DNA of 64,000 nucleotides from a virus (lineage: Duplodnaviria; Heunggongvirae; Uroviricota; Caudoviricetes). Each line of letters starts with the position of its first letter. Positions within the stretch are counted from its first letter, which is position 1. This document shows, piece after piece, positions 33,205-42,761 of the stretch. Location: the IMG/VR virus record IMGVR_UViG_2851976983_000001, positions 1-64,000 of that record. One strand, written 5' to 3'. Under the pieces are notes generated by a model. The model was not told the origin of the DNA. It did no database searches and worked only from the letters and a program-made list of their open reading frames with translations. A program made the position numbers and the translations under genes.

Positions 33205-34193
33205 TACCTTTCGAATGGAAGAACAAACACTTCAAGGTCTTCAAGGAACGAACGGAAATTCAGCTCGTAGCACAGTTGCTCGAATGCTTTCACGTCACGA
33301 TTGCCTTTGATTGTTTCGATTTCGGTAGGCGGAAACTTCGTCTCAATCAGGTTCATTAGCGTGATGTTTCTCTTGAACGCTTCGAGCATTCGACAGCCTG
33401 TTTTCTCGTTGAAGGCATTCTTCGCTAGTTTGTTGAAGGCGGTCTTATGGCGTCCTTTGTCAACCACGATTGAGCCGTCGTTGATGCCGCGTACCATCGT
33501 TGCGACACTTCCCCATTCATGCAGAAGCTCTTTCGCACCGCCAGCACCAATGCCACCAACACCGCTAATGTTGTCCGATTTATCGCCTTGTAATGCTTTT
33601 GCTTCCAAAAATGCGCGAGGCGTGGCGAATCCTGTCAGCTCCGCAAATTGCTCAAAATTAACCTGCTTGTTTTTGGCGTCTTCACGCAGGCTTACCCAGC
33701 TTACGTTTTCACGAACTAACTGAAGCCAGTCGCTATCGCCTGTTAACAGATAGATGTGTTCAACGGTTGGCTGCGGTGCCATGCGGGATACCAGCAGCCC
33801 GGCCAGATCATCCGCTTCTGCATCTTTTGCAATGAGTTGGGTAACTCCAAGCGCGGTCATCATTTTGAGGATGTATGGCTTCTGGATAGCAAAGCCTTCC
33901 TTCATCTTTTTCATATCAGGATCGTCGTCGCGATTTGCTTTGTAGTCCGGGTAAAAGTCGCGACGCTTGTCACTAAATCCATCCCAAAGAATCATAGGTC
34001 GGGCATGGAGGATGGAGGCATAACGACGGACGTTCTTAACAAAGCCGAAAGCAGCCTGTACTTCCATTTCGCCGTTGTGCAATTTGTCAGATTGTTGGTG
34101 GTAATAACCCAGGCTATTGCCATCTACGAAGAGATAATTCACCGGTACATTCCTTCCAAAAAGTAAGGCGTCCGTAGACGCCTTACTGGTCAC
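33198..34193 (-). CDS. 5'-3' exonuclease / flap endonuclease (T4 RNase H / T5 D15 type)
   Basis: Motifs FVDGNSL, KANRD, AEADD, LLTGDSD, GDKSDNISGVGGIG. Confidence 0.8.
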   Translation of the reverse strand: MTSKASTDALLFGRNVPVNYLFVDGNSLGYYHQQSDKLHNGEMEVQAAFGFVKNVRRYASILHARPMILWDGFSDKRRDFYPDYKANRDDDPDMKKMKEGFAIQKPYILKMMTALGVTQLIAKDAEADDLAGLLVSRMAPQPTVEHIYLLTGDSDWLQLVRENVSWVSLREDAKNKQVNFEQFAELTGFATPRAFLEAKALQGDKSDNISGVGGIGAGGAKELLHEWGSVATMVRGINDGSIVVDKGRHKTAFNKLAKNAFNEKTGCRMLEAFKRNITLMNLIETKFPPTEIETIKGNRDVKAFEQLCYELNFRSFLEDLEVFVLPFERYC

Positions 34194-34202
34194 GTAATGG
34201 GA

Positions 34203-35231
34203 TTACAGAGAGTCCAGCTCTCTCAGTAGGTCATCCAGACCTTCATCTTCCGTCGCAGATGCGGTTGCTACAGATGTCGCTGCGACTGCTTCAGACTCTT
34301 TGACTGATACGGCAACGGCAGCGGAACTTGCCTCTGGTTTAAATTCAGTTTCAACGGCACGGAGGATTTCTTCATCAACCAGACTGGTTGGTTCAGAAGC
34401 CGGTGTGTGCGCGGTTGCTACAGCCGTCGCTCCTTCTGTATGACCAGTGACAGAGCCAAATCCAGGTAGTGCCGCAGCCGATGTTTTCGCGGTTGAGGAA
34501 ATTGCTGGTGCAGATGCTGCGGCAGTTGGTGCAGCGATGCCAATCAGACGACCCATAGTGCGAACTGTCGACAGAAGACGAGTTTCATCAGCCTGATTTG
34601 CGTATGCGATCAGATCATGCTGGGTGTTCCAGAATTTATCTTCGATATCGCCTTTGTAGACTTTACGCTTAGGCGAGACGTCATATTTGGTATCGCGACC
34701 AGAGCCAGTACGTTTAATCAGGAATGCGTAGCCTTCCTCTTTGCTCAGTGGATTGCCGATATCATCAGCGATGTCTTCGGTGATTGCTTTGCAGATATCA
34801 TCGAATACAGTAGACGGCAGCTCGATTAACTGGCATTTCTCAGCATCTGCGAAATCCTCACGAGCAGAAAGAATGCCGTTGACCAGGTAGCGAGGAGTGG
34901 CACGCATTTGACCGATGCGTTCTTCCATTGCTTTGTTACCCTTGTGACGAGCGCGACCTTCCATCACCATTTCGCATAGCTGACAAGCGCGACCGTGAGT
35001 ATGTTGCTCACAAATATAAGCGTTGGTTGCTTCTTTACCTTCCTCATTCTGATACTTAACGTAGTGCATACCGAAAGTCTGGAAGAACTTACCGTTTGGG
35101 TCGTCTTTATTCGGGAAGATGCGGATATAGTTGACGCCGTCTTTTAAGCGAGTCAGATCAACGTTGTTACCACGTTTGGCGGCAATGTCTTCACGAGTTT
35201 TGTTAAGCAAATCAAGTAATGTCTTAGACAT
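34203..35231 (-). CDS. single-stranded DNA-binding protein, gp32-like
   Basis: His/Cys zinc subdomain (CEQHTHGRACQLC), Ala/Ser-rich linker, acidic C-terminal tail DEGLDDLLRELDSL; start preceded by AGGAGAAACAC-ATG. Confidence 0.6.
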   Translation of the reverse strand: MSKTLLDLLNKTREDIAAKRGNNVDLTRLKDGVNYIRIFPNKDDPNGKFFQTFGMHYVKYQNEEGKEATNAYICEQHTHGRACQLCEMVMEGRARHKGNKAMEERIGQMRATPRYLVNGILSAREDFADAEKCQLIELPSTVFDDICKAITEDIADDIGNPLSKEEGYAFLIKRTGSGRDTKYDVSPKRKVYKGDIEDKFWNTQHDLIAYANQADETRLLSTVRTMGRLIGIAAPTAAASAPAISSTAKTSAAALPGFGSVTGHTEGATAVATAHTPASEPTSLVDEEILRAVETEFKPEASSAAVAVSVKESEAVAATSVATASATEDEGLDDLLRELDSL

Positions 35232-35348
35232 GTGTTTCTCCTTGTTGTGATTTGGCCGATGGCGCTATGCGCGTTGGGCTTTCGTTCATTCGTGGCTCTT
35301 TCGAGCTGTTAAATGATAGATCAGTACTTACTTATTATCTATCAAAAA

Positions 35349-35780
35349 TCAACGGGGAGTAATAAAGCGTTCAGAGCCTAATCGCTCTAATTCAACGATG
35401 GCCATCTTTGACGCCTGAACGATCATGTCTCGGCGATGCGAAAAGGCGGCGACAGCATGTTTGTATATGTCTGCGATGTGCCGTGCTTCATCCAACTTCT
35501 GCCGTTTAGACAGATACTGTGGGTTTGTTTTAACCTTAGCGTCCAGTACAGACTCGTTGAACTTAATGCCGTTCATACTCAAATTCTTACGCTCTGTGTC
35601 GTATAGCTTTGCTTCAACAGCTTCAAGGTTAAGTTTTGCCTCTGCGACATCTCGATCTGCCTGCGCTAGTTTTGACCCATACTCCATTAAAAGCCGTGGC
35701 TGTTTACGCCATACTTCCTCAAGGTTGTCGCGGTCGAACTCCAGATCGGCCATGATTTTAGAAAAAATATCAGTGTTCAC
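35349..35780 (-). CDS. hypothetical coiled-coil protein (143 aa)
   Basis: ORF; position next to the SSB gene suggests a recombination accessory role, not shown. Confidence 0.4.
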   Translation of the reverse strand: MNTDIFSKIMADLEFDRDNLEEVWRKQPRLLMEYGSKLAQADRDVAEAKLNLEAVEAKLYDTERKNLSMNGIKFNESVLDAKVKTNPQYLSKRQKLDEARHIADIYKHAVAAFSHRRDMIVQASKMAIVELERLGSERFITPR

Positions 35781-36034
35781 TCTAATAGGTTCCTACTTAT
35801 AAAATCTGTATCAATTATATCAAACAGAGAACGGGTTTATGGCGTCATGTCAACTTTGTTCAGGGGAAAATATTGAGATCACCGAAGATAATTAGTTGTC
35901 TTATTTTGGTAAGCTGTGCTGACCATCTTTAGGTCACATACATGAGATGGATGGGGGTGTGGCATGAACGGATGAAATTCAGTCGCCGTTGACAGATGTC
36001 AACACTGTGAATAGAATACTATTATCGGAGGCGA

Positions 36035-36259
36035 ATGAAGCAACATCCGAATAAGCATATTCAAGCAGCCATTGACTATGCATTAAGTAAAGGCTGGATC
36101 TGGGTAGCTGCTGGTGGTGCTGCACATTGTTTTTGCAGACTGCGATGCGGTAATCCAGAAGGTGAACACAAAACTCACCAAATGAGCGTATGGTCGACTC
36201 CGGGTAATCCCGAAAACCATGCCAAACAGATCAAACGAATGGTTGATCGTTGTAAATGA
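36035..36259 (+). CDS. small Cys/His-containing protein (74 aa)
   Basis: ORF with GGAGG RBS; first gene of a two-gene plus-strand cassette. Confidence 0.45.
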   Translation: MKQHPNKHIQAAIDYALSKGWIWVAAGGAAHCFCRLRCGNPEGEHKTHQMSVWSTPGNPENHAKQIKRMVDRCK

Positions 36260-36319
36260 TTTCAAGGCGGCATTAGCCGCCTTTTGCAGAAACTGTCCAA
36301 CTATCTTCAAAGGAAAACT

Positions 36320-36883
36320 ATGGCGCTTTATAACTTCACTCTGACGCTCTCAGGCGTATCGTATGAGACGGAAGGACTGGAAGACGCGCTGTACCAAAAC
36401 GGCTGTGACGATGCGCTAATTTGCGCATATGGAAACTCCGTCTATGTAGAATTTGACCGCGAAGCACAATCACTTGATGCAGCTATCGCATCTGCGGTCG
36501 ACAATATTGAATCAGCCGGTATCGGTGCAATTGTTGAATCCGTCGACTCGGCTCTTGTGGGCTTAAGCGATATCGCGGAACTGACAGACCTGTCTCGCCA
36601 GGCAGTGGCGTTGCTCAAAGACGGTAAGCGCGGAAGCGGCGACTTCCCTTGCCCTGTACAACGCATAAAAGGCCAGTCTCCTCTCTGGGATTGGGCTGAT
36701 GTGGCTGAATGGCTCATGAATAACGGACGACTTAAAGAGGGCGATCAAATTGTCCAAAATGCCCGAACTTTGAGTAAATGGAATCTGGCGCTTCGAAACA
36801 GCGTCTCGAAAGATTTCAACGAAATAGAGCAAATTGCGGAGAAACTGATTAAACGCCGCAAAGATATTGCGAAATGCGCATAA
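36320..36883 (+). CDS. putative HTH DNA-binding protein (about 187 aa)
   Basis: Track ORF 36284..36883; start MALYNF preferred; HTH-like GLSDIAELTDLSRQAVALL. Confidence 0.45.
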   Translation: MALYNFTLTLSGVSYETEGLEDALYQNGCDDALICAYGNSVYVEFDREAQSLDAAIASAVDNIESAGIGAIVESVDSALVGLSDIAELTDLSRQAVALLKDGKRGSGDFPCPVQRIKGQSPLWDWADVAEWLMNNGRLKEGDQIVQNARTLSKWNLALRNSVSKDFNEIEQIAEKLIKRRKDIAKCA

Positions 36884-37212
36884 TGATGCCCGCCAATTGG
36901 CGGGCATCTGTTCTCTGTAAAGGTGTCTGGCATCGTCTGGTTCGTTAACGTTTACTAAACCAATGGTGACAAAAATTAGTTATCTTTGAAAAATAAAGGT
37001 TGCATGAAAAGAAGGGGTATGCGTTAATAGCATCGTTGGTTTGCAAGACAGACCTTATGTAAGCAGTTTTAGTAAAGCAGTCTCAGTTCAGTGTTATCTT
37101 CTGATTTCCCTTCTTCGTGAGTCTCCTCCTTAAGTGCCTAAGTAAGTCCCAATCTATACAGATCAAATTCTCGCCGCACTATGTGGCTCACAAAATTAAG
37201 AAGGTAATATCT

Positions 37213-37428
37213 ATGTCTAATAAAATGACTGGTTTAGTAAAATGGTTTAACTCTGATAAAGGCTTTGGCTTTATTTCTCCTGCTGATGGCAGTAAAGATG
37301 TTTTTGTACATTTTTCGGCAATTCAGAGTAATAATTTCCGCACTTTGGAAGAAGGCCAGCAGGTCGAATTCTCTATCGAGAATGGGGCTAAAGGCCCAGC
37401 AGCAGCAAATGTCGTTGCTCTAAGCTGA
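37213..37428 (+). CDS. cold-shock protein, CspA family
   Basis: [38 protein letters not shown] carries RNP1/RNP2 motifs; long 5' leader as in csp genes; track ORF from 37117 is over-extended. Confidence 0.9.
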   Translation: MSNKMTGLVKWFNSDKGFGFISPADGSKDVFVHFSAIQSNNFRTLEEGQQVEFSIENGAKGPAAANVVALS

Positions 37429-37703
37429 TTCAACGCTGATGATCCTCATTTCTACAATAACGAAGACGGTGTAAGCCTGAGTGGATAGATTTGTAGGATT
37501 GTACAAGTTGAATAAATTAGCATGGTAAGGCCATGCTAATTAAATCGACACAACGGCCAGTTTATTCCATAAAAGTGAATTGCCCATTGTGGCGAAATGC
37601 GGGGTTGCCGCATGAATAGTCAAAGGCAGAAGCTAACTGCCGGCATGGCAAAACAAAGTGCGTAAGAGGAGTGACTTCCTCAACAAGCGCCATAATTCTT
37701 TAT

Positions 37704-37733
37704 AAACCCGCCAACAGGCGGGTTTTCTTTATT
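37704..37733. terminator. bidirectional rho-independent terminator
   Basis: Hairpin AAACCCGCCAACAGGCGGGTTT with T-run; between convergent csp and dnaE-like genes. Confidence 0.6.
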
Positions 37734-40700
37734 ACTTATTTATTGTCTCCGCGATATCAGCCAGAATGGCCTCCAGTCGCTCTCCTTCTTCCGGTCGGAA
37801 GTACAGGATATTCGGGTTAAATCCGTAGAAGACGGTTGCATCAAGCTCTGGGAAGTACTCCTTACGACCAATCAGATCTGATGGTTTACTCTTATTGTTA
37901 AATAGTGCGGTTGAACGACTACCACACGTCAAAATGTAGGTTGGTCGTACAAGATTAATTTCTTCCCGCATAAAGTCTGTGAACTGGCCTATCTCGTCTT
38001 TGGTATAGTCTTTCTCTTTGTCCTTAACCTTCTTACAAACACCCGTGACATAAAGATCGCCCATGCGCAGATCTCCAACTGTCAGTAGTTTTGCCTTAAA
38101 GTCGTCGTATCCGTTCTCCATGAAGTAGCCGGTACGAGCGTCATTGCCGTTCGCATTGTCCAGAATGATCATGATTTTGGGTTTAATACCAATAGTCGGG
38201 CGTATCAACTCCTCACCCAAGCCCATTTCAGCCGCCATACGTGTCATGAGTACGTTGATTTCGGCAGAACGCTTAGGATTCATTTCGAACGGACGTGATG
38301 CTTTAACAGCGTCAATGATGAGATTGCCCATCAGTTCAGCCTGGTCGCGCAGTCGTTCAGGATCAGTTGCTGGCAGACTGCCTGGCTCAATTGACGCAAA
38401 AGCCCCTACTTTATGAAGCGACTCGCGTACACGACTGTTACATGCACGCTTCTCGACCGCTTCATCGAATTGTGCCACTGACTCGAATTTGCCACCAACT
38501 TTCTCACGCGCACGCATAATTGCCTGACAACCATTTTCAGAACAGCCTTTCACAGCAGAGAATGGCGCATACAGTGCCTGACTGCCGTCTTCGAGTGTGC
38601 GGATCTCAATTCGGTTAGATGACACATTAACGTCTGGTGGCAATACGCGAATGCCATAGGTCAGCGCATCCTTCACCAGCCCCTGATGCTTATCCTCGCC
38701 CAGAATGGTGAGCGCAGCTGCGAAGAACTCAGCAGGGTAGTGCGTCTTTAGCCACATAGACTGATAACTGATTAAAGAATAAGCAACGGAGTGTGATTTA
38801 TTGAACTGATAGGCTCCGTTTTTCTCAAATGCAGTCCATATCTCTTTTGCCTTCGTCTCAGACAGACCTGGATGTGACGTTGTAACGCGCACAACTGGCA
38901 TTGGCAGCTTCACTCCATGCTCCAACGCCTCTTCAACTGTCCTCAGAGTACCGTCCTCGCATTTAAAATGTTCTGCGCGATGAATCCGTTGTATTGCGCC
39001 ATTTTCAAGCTCTACGTCGATCCACCCAGCTTGAGCCTGAATGACAAATTTCTCACCCATGCTCCTCATCTTTTCCATGTTCTTCTTACCGATTGCTGAA
39101 CGCACACCATCCGCCTCGGCCATTGTGAAACCAGCAAGAAGCCTTGTTGCGTTCATCGTTTGTTCCTGATAGAGAATCACTCCATTTGTTTCAGAGGTCA
39201 GTTCATCCAAGACAGGATGTAGTGATGTAGGCGTCATAAATCCTTTCGCAACGGAAACATAGTCATCCAACATGCCGGATTGAATCGGTCCCGGTCGGAA
39301 GAGGGCGGTAGTTGCGACAACGGTTTTGAAACTCATTGGCTCGATGCCACCGCCCAGATCTTTAAGCAGCTTACGCATGGGGCCGGACTCCAGCTGGAAT
39401 ACGCCCTGCGTGTACCCTGCAGCGAACCCATCCAGAACCTTGCGATCGTCCAGTGGGATAGCGTCGAGATTGATGTCTTCACCGGTACTCTCTTTGATGT
39501 AGCGTTTCGCGCTATCCAGAAGATCGAGTGTTGCCAGACCGAGAACGTCCAACTTAATCAGCCCCATCGCCTCGCAGTAACGTTTATCGAACGCAATACA
39601 TCGAGCATTGCCACGCAGCTCGACGGGCGTGCGCTCTACTAATGGAACGCCAGCGACGATCATCCCCGCAGCGTGACGACCAAAACCACGCATCAGGCTT
39701 TGCAGCTTACACGCCGCTTTGAACGCTTCCGGGTTTTTCGTGGCGTATTTGTCCAGGCTGGCCAGTTGCTCGCGCAGCTCTTCCAGAGACAGGCTGTCGT
39801 CCTCCATATTCTTGAACTCTTTGGATACCGCCATATCCGCAGCATCGACACCGTAAATACGTGCAGTGTCACGCAGCGCAGATGCCGCGCCCAGATAGGT
39901 GAAGTTCGGAATGCCTGCAACGTAATCTTCGCCGTAGCGTTCATTCAGATACTCGATCACCTCATGGCGACGTGCCTGGCTGAAGTCCAAGTCCGCATCC
40001 GGCAAGTCGAGACGCTCAGGGTTGATGAAACGCTCAAACAGAAGACCGTGACGGATTGGGTCGACGTTGGTTATGCCTATGCACCACGCCACCAGAGAAC
40101 CGGCAGAGGAACCACGACCAGGCCCGACAGGAATGCCAGTTTCACGGCTGTGATTCATCAGATCGCGTACCATCAGGAAGTAACCACAGAATCCCAGGCG
40201 AGTCAGCGTGTCCATTTCGTACTTTAGCCGCTCAACATAAACCCTGTTCTCAGAAGCAGGTGGTGTGTATCCAAACTCTTTTGTGGTAAGACGTTTACGC
40301 AGCCCTGCAACAGCCAGTTTCATCAGCGTTGCAGGTTCGTCGTCTGCCATCTTGGGCAGTGCTGGTGGCAATTCATGCCAGCGCCATGTGCAGGCATCGA
40401 TAATGGAGTCCTGCGTTGTTGAGGCCATTGCAGCTGTTACCGGCACATCCATGCGAACGGAGAAGGCTTTAAGCGCCTCAAGGAGATGGCGACGACCATT
40501 GATGGCGTTATCTCGCTGGTGGGGGATACGCAGACGATGCGGCTGGTCGATTTTTATGTTGTTCGTAACCATGTGCGCAATGTCTTTAATGTCTGCATCG
40601 TCGATCGATTCGTAATAAGCGGGATAGAACGCCACTGGCTCTATTTTCAATGCGCTGGCGACTTTCATCGCCCGGACGTTAATCTGGTCGTAGAATGGGG

Positions 40701-41250
40701 TAGGGTGCGGATAAACCACACTATAGAAGTTGTCTTTTCCACCCGCTGTAATCAGTGTGCTTATGATTTTTGCAAAATCGTTGCGTTGGAACACGCTACC
40801 GATGTCGGAAGTAAGCAGGATGATGTTACCTTTGGCATATGTAGAAACCAACTGTTCGAGCGAGAGACGCGGTACAAAGTAGAACTGTTCTCGTGTGTTG
40901 GCCGCCGTCATTAGTTCGCAGATGTCGCGATATCCTTTCTCATTTTTAATTAGAGCGGTAAACGAGTAGTTACGTCCTCGCTCCAATGATTCCATACATC
41001 CCTTAGACTCTTTAGCAAGTTTAGCCCGGTGCTCGTATGTGGGATCATCAACGATGTTTAGTTTCACACCACAAATAACCGCCATGTCGTCACCAGCGGC
41101 ACGTTGTAGTGGAATAACGCTCGCAATATTCATGCTATCTGCTGAAATTACAGCGGTGTAGCCAGCTTCTCTGGCAATCTTCACCGCGTTTTCTGCTTTT
41201 AAAGCCGACTCCCCAAGTGAGAAGTCAGTTCGAACCATCAGTGCCTTCAT
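37732..41250 (-). CDS. DNA polymerase III alpha subunit-like (DnaE family)
   Basis: 1172 aa; N-terminal PHP-like region; GPGRGSSAGSLVAWCIGITNVDPIRHGLLFERFINPER matches the conserved DnaE core; start preceded by GGTAAAAACAC-ATG. Confidence 0.9.
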   Translation of the reverse strand: MKALMVRTDFSLGESALKAENAVKIAREAGYTAVISADSMNIASVIPLQRAAGDDMAVICGVKLNIVDDPTYEHRAKLAKESKGCMESLERGRNYSFTALIKNEKGYRDICELMTAANTREQFYFVPRLSLEQLVSTYAKGNIILLTSDIGSVFQRNDFAKIISTLITAGGKDNFYSVVYPHPTPFYDQINVRAMKVASALKIEPVAFYPAYYESIDDADIKDIAHMVTNNIKIDQPHRLRIPHQRDNAINGRRHLLEALKAFSVRMDVPVTAAMASTTQDSIIDACTWRWHELPPALPKMADDEPATLMKLAVAGLRKRLTTKEFGYTPPASENRVYVERLKYEMDTLTRLGFCGYFLMVRDLMNHSRETGIPVGPGRGSSAGSLVAWCIGITNVDPIRHGLLFERFINPERLDLPDADLDFSQARRHEVIEYLNERYGEDYVAGIPNFTYLGAASALRDTARIYGVDAADMAVSKEFKNMEDDSLSLEELREQLASLDKYATKNPEAFKAACKLQSLMRGFGRHAAGMIVAGVPLVERTPVELRGNARCIAFDKRYCEAMGLIKLDVLGLATLDLLDSAKRYIKESTGEDINLDAIPLDDRKVLDGFAAGYTQGVFQLESGPMRKLLKDLGGGIEPMSFKTVVATTALFRPGPIQSGMLDDYVSVAKGFMTPTSLHPVLDELTSETNGVILYQEQTMNATRLLAGFTMAEADGVRSAIGKKNMEKMRSMGEKFVIQAQAGWIDVELENGAIQRIHRAEHFKCEDGTLRTVEEALEHGVKLPMPVVRVTTSHPGLSETKAKEIWTAFEKNGAYQFNKSHSVAYSLISYQSMWLKTHYPAEFFAAALTILGEDKHQGLVKDALTYGIRVLPPDVNVSSNRIEIRTLEDGSQALYAPFSAVKGCSENGCQAIMRAREKVGGKFESVAQFDEAVEKRACNSRVRESLHKVGAFASIEPGSLPATDPERLRDQAELMGNLIIDAVKASRPFEMNPKRSAEINVLMTRMAAEMGLGEELIRPTIGIKPKIMIILDNANGNDARTGYFMENGYDDFKAKLLTVGDLRMGDLYVTGVCKKVKDKEKDYTKDEIGQFTDFMREEINLVRPTYILTCGSRSTALFNNKSKPSDLIGRKEYFPELDATVFYGFNPNILYFRPEEGERLEAILADIAETINK

Positions 41251-41434
41251 GTGTTTTTACCTTTCTGGTTTTTTTGATTTTGTCATTTGGGAAGCCTACG
41301 AACTTCCCATGCATCGAAATCGCAACTTCTTTTGCTGATTGGTGACAATCGGGCTTGTCTGGACACACCAGACAAGCCTTACCAGTTTCAGAAGCAGCGA
41401 TAAGAGAGCCGAAACATCCTTTACGCACGATCAA
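41225..41434 (-). CDS. small Cys-rich protein (69 aa), uncertain
   Basis: ORF overlapping the dnaE-like start by 26 nt. Confidence 0.3.
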   Translation of the reverse strand: MIVRKGCFGSLIAASETGKACLVCPDKPDCHQSAKEVAISMHGKFVGFPNDKIKKTRKVKTHEGTDGSN

Positions 41435-42666
41435 CCAAATATTTTTTGAACAACTTCACGAGCCGCTTGTGCAGAAGCTGAAGGGAGTTTGTTAATGAAA
41501 GAACGCTCAATACCTGTCACAAAGTCGCCTCGCATCATTCCAATCTTGGCCGACAACAAAAGTTCACGAGGGCCAATTGGCTGACTGATAAGGTGTTCTT
41601 CGTATCCATCGCGAACGATACCGGCAAACTTAACCATCTTTTCTGCGTATTCATCCACGATACCGGCATTTATCAACATGTTGATCTCTGCCTCTTTGCT
41701 CATGTATTTCACATTCGAAACGATGCCAAAACGCGAAAAGTTCGCGGCGTTCTGGATGTTTGTACCCTGGTACAAGCCGGTTTCATCACCAGATCCGTTC
41801 GTGTTGCCAGTGCCAATGAAAGCAAACCGTTCATGCGGAGTAATGCGACGCCATTCTGGAGTCGCCTCTTTGATGACTAACGCTTCACCTTCCAGCACTG
41901 GCTGATACACGCCAAGAATTTGTGGAAACGCAAAGTCGTATTCATCCGCGAGGTAAACCCAGCCATGCTTCATTGCGAGCGCAAGCAAGCCAGGCTCGAA
42001 ATACGTAGAGCCATCACGCGCCAGAATTTGCCCCGTAACATGTGCCTCTTCCATTGATGCTGTATGTTGGGCACGGATCAACGGACGATTGAGCAAAGCA
42101 CATAGTTGTGTAGGCAATGACGATTTGCCTGTTCCTGCATGACCCCACAAATAGCCAGGTATGCCAAGTTCAAGCATCATGAAAATGTCTTTGATCAGTT
42201 CGAAGTCGCCATATACGTATCCCTTCTTCACTTCTGGAACGAACTCTGGAAACGGCGTATTGACGTTGACGCTAACCATGAGCGGCGTCCCACGTTTTGT
42301 TCCGAGTTCTTTCACCGTTACATTTAGCAGTTCGTGAGCTGCGACCAGATCTGTCTTGTACTCAACTGTGCCTGTGTAGCCTGGGCTACTGGTCACGCCA
42401 GATGATTTGGCCATTTCGCTTTTTTGCTCGGCACGTTTAGCTTGAATTGCATCAAGTGCCTTTTTCGATAGCGTTGGCTCATCTGGAAACTGTGTTGTGT
42501 ACATTTTCAGTACGGTGTCAGGATCGGCATCTTTTACTGACTCAGGAATGCCCTCGCAATTACCATTGGCTACATGGGACTTAAAATAGTGAAATGATTT
42601 TCCGCACCACTTGCAAACAAGGTAATCAGAAGGATTTTTTTCATTTTGCAGTGCAGTAGTAGTCAT
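41431..42666 (-). CDS. AAA+ ATPase, CobS/MoxR-like
   Basis: Walker A GHAGTGKSS and Walker B-like YLADEYD; paired with downstream vWA protein. Confidence 0.65.
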   Translation of the reverse strand: MTTTALQNEKNPSDYLVCKWCGKSFHYFKSHVANGNCEGIPESVKDADPDTVLKMYTTQFPDEPTLSKKALDAIQAKRAEQKSEMAKSSGVTSSPGYTGTVEYKTDLVAAHELLNVTVKELGTKRGTPLMVSVNVNTPFPEFVPEVKKGYVYGDFELIKDIFMMLELGIPGYLWGHAGTGKSSLPTQLCALLNRPLIRAQHTASMEEAHVTGQILARDGSTYFEPGLLALAMKHGWVYLADEYDFAFPQILGVYQPVLEGEALVIKEATPEWRRITPHERFAFIGTGNTNGSGDETGLYQGTNIQNAANFSRFGIVSNVKYMSKEAEINMLINAGIVDEYAEKMVKFAGIVRDGYEEHLISQPIGPRELLLSAKIGMMRGDFVTGIERSFINKLPSASAQAAREVVQKIFG

Positions 42667-42761
42667 GCGTTTTTCCTTTGTTTTCTAATGAGCGTTCAAC
42701 TTCTTATATAAATATATCATTATCTATCGTAAGTGGTTACTTATCGTTAAGGCTGTTTTGT

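Noticed and set aside
37117-37212. N-terminal extension of the cold-shock protein ORF (103 aa in track)
   Set aside because: CspA-family proteins are about 70 aa and begin at the MSxKMTG motif; the extension is the long 5' leader typical of csp genes.
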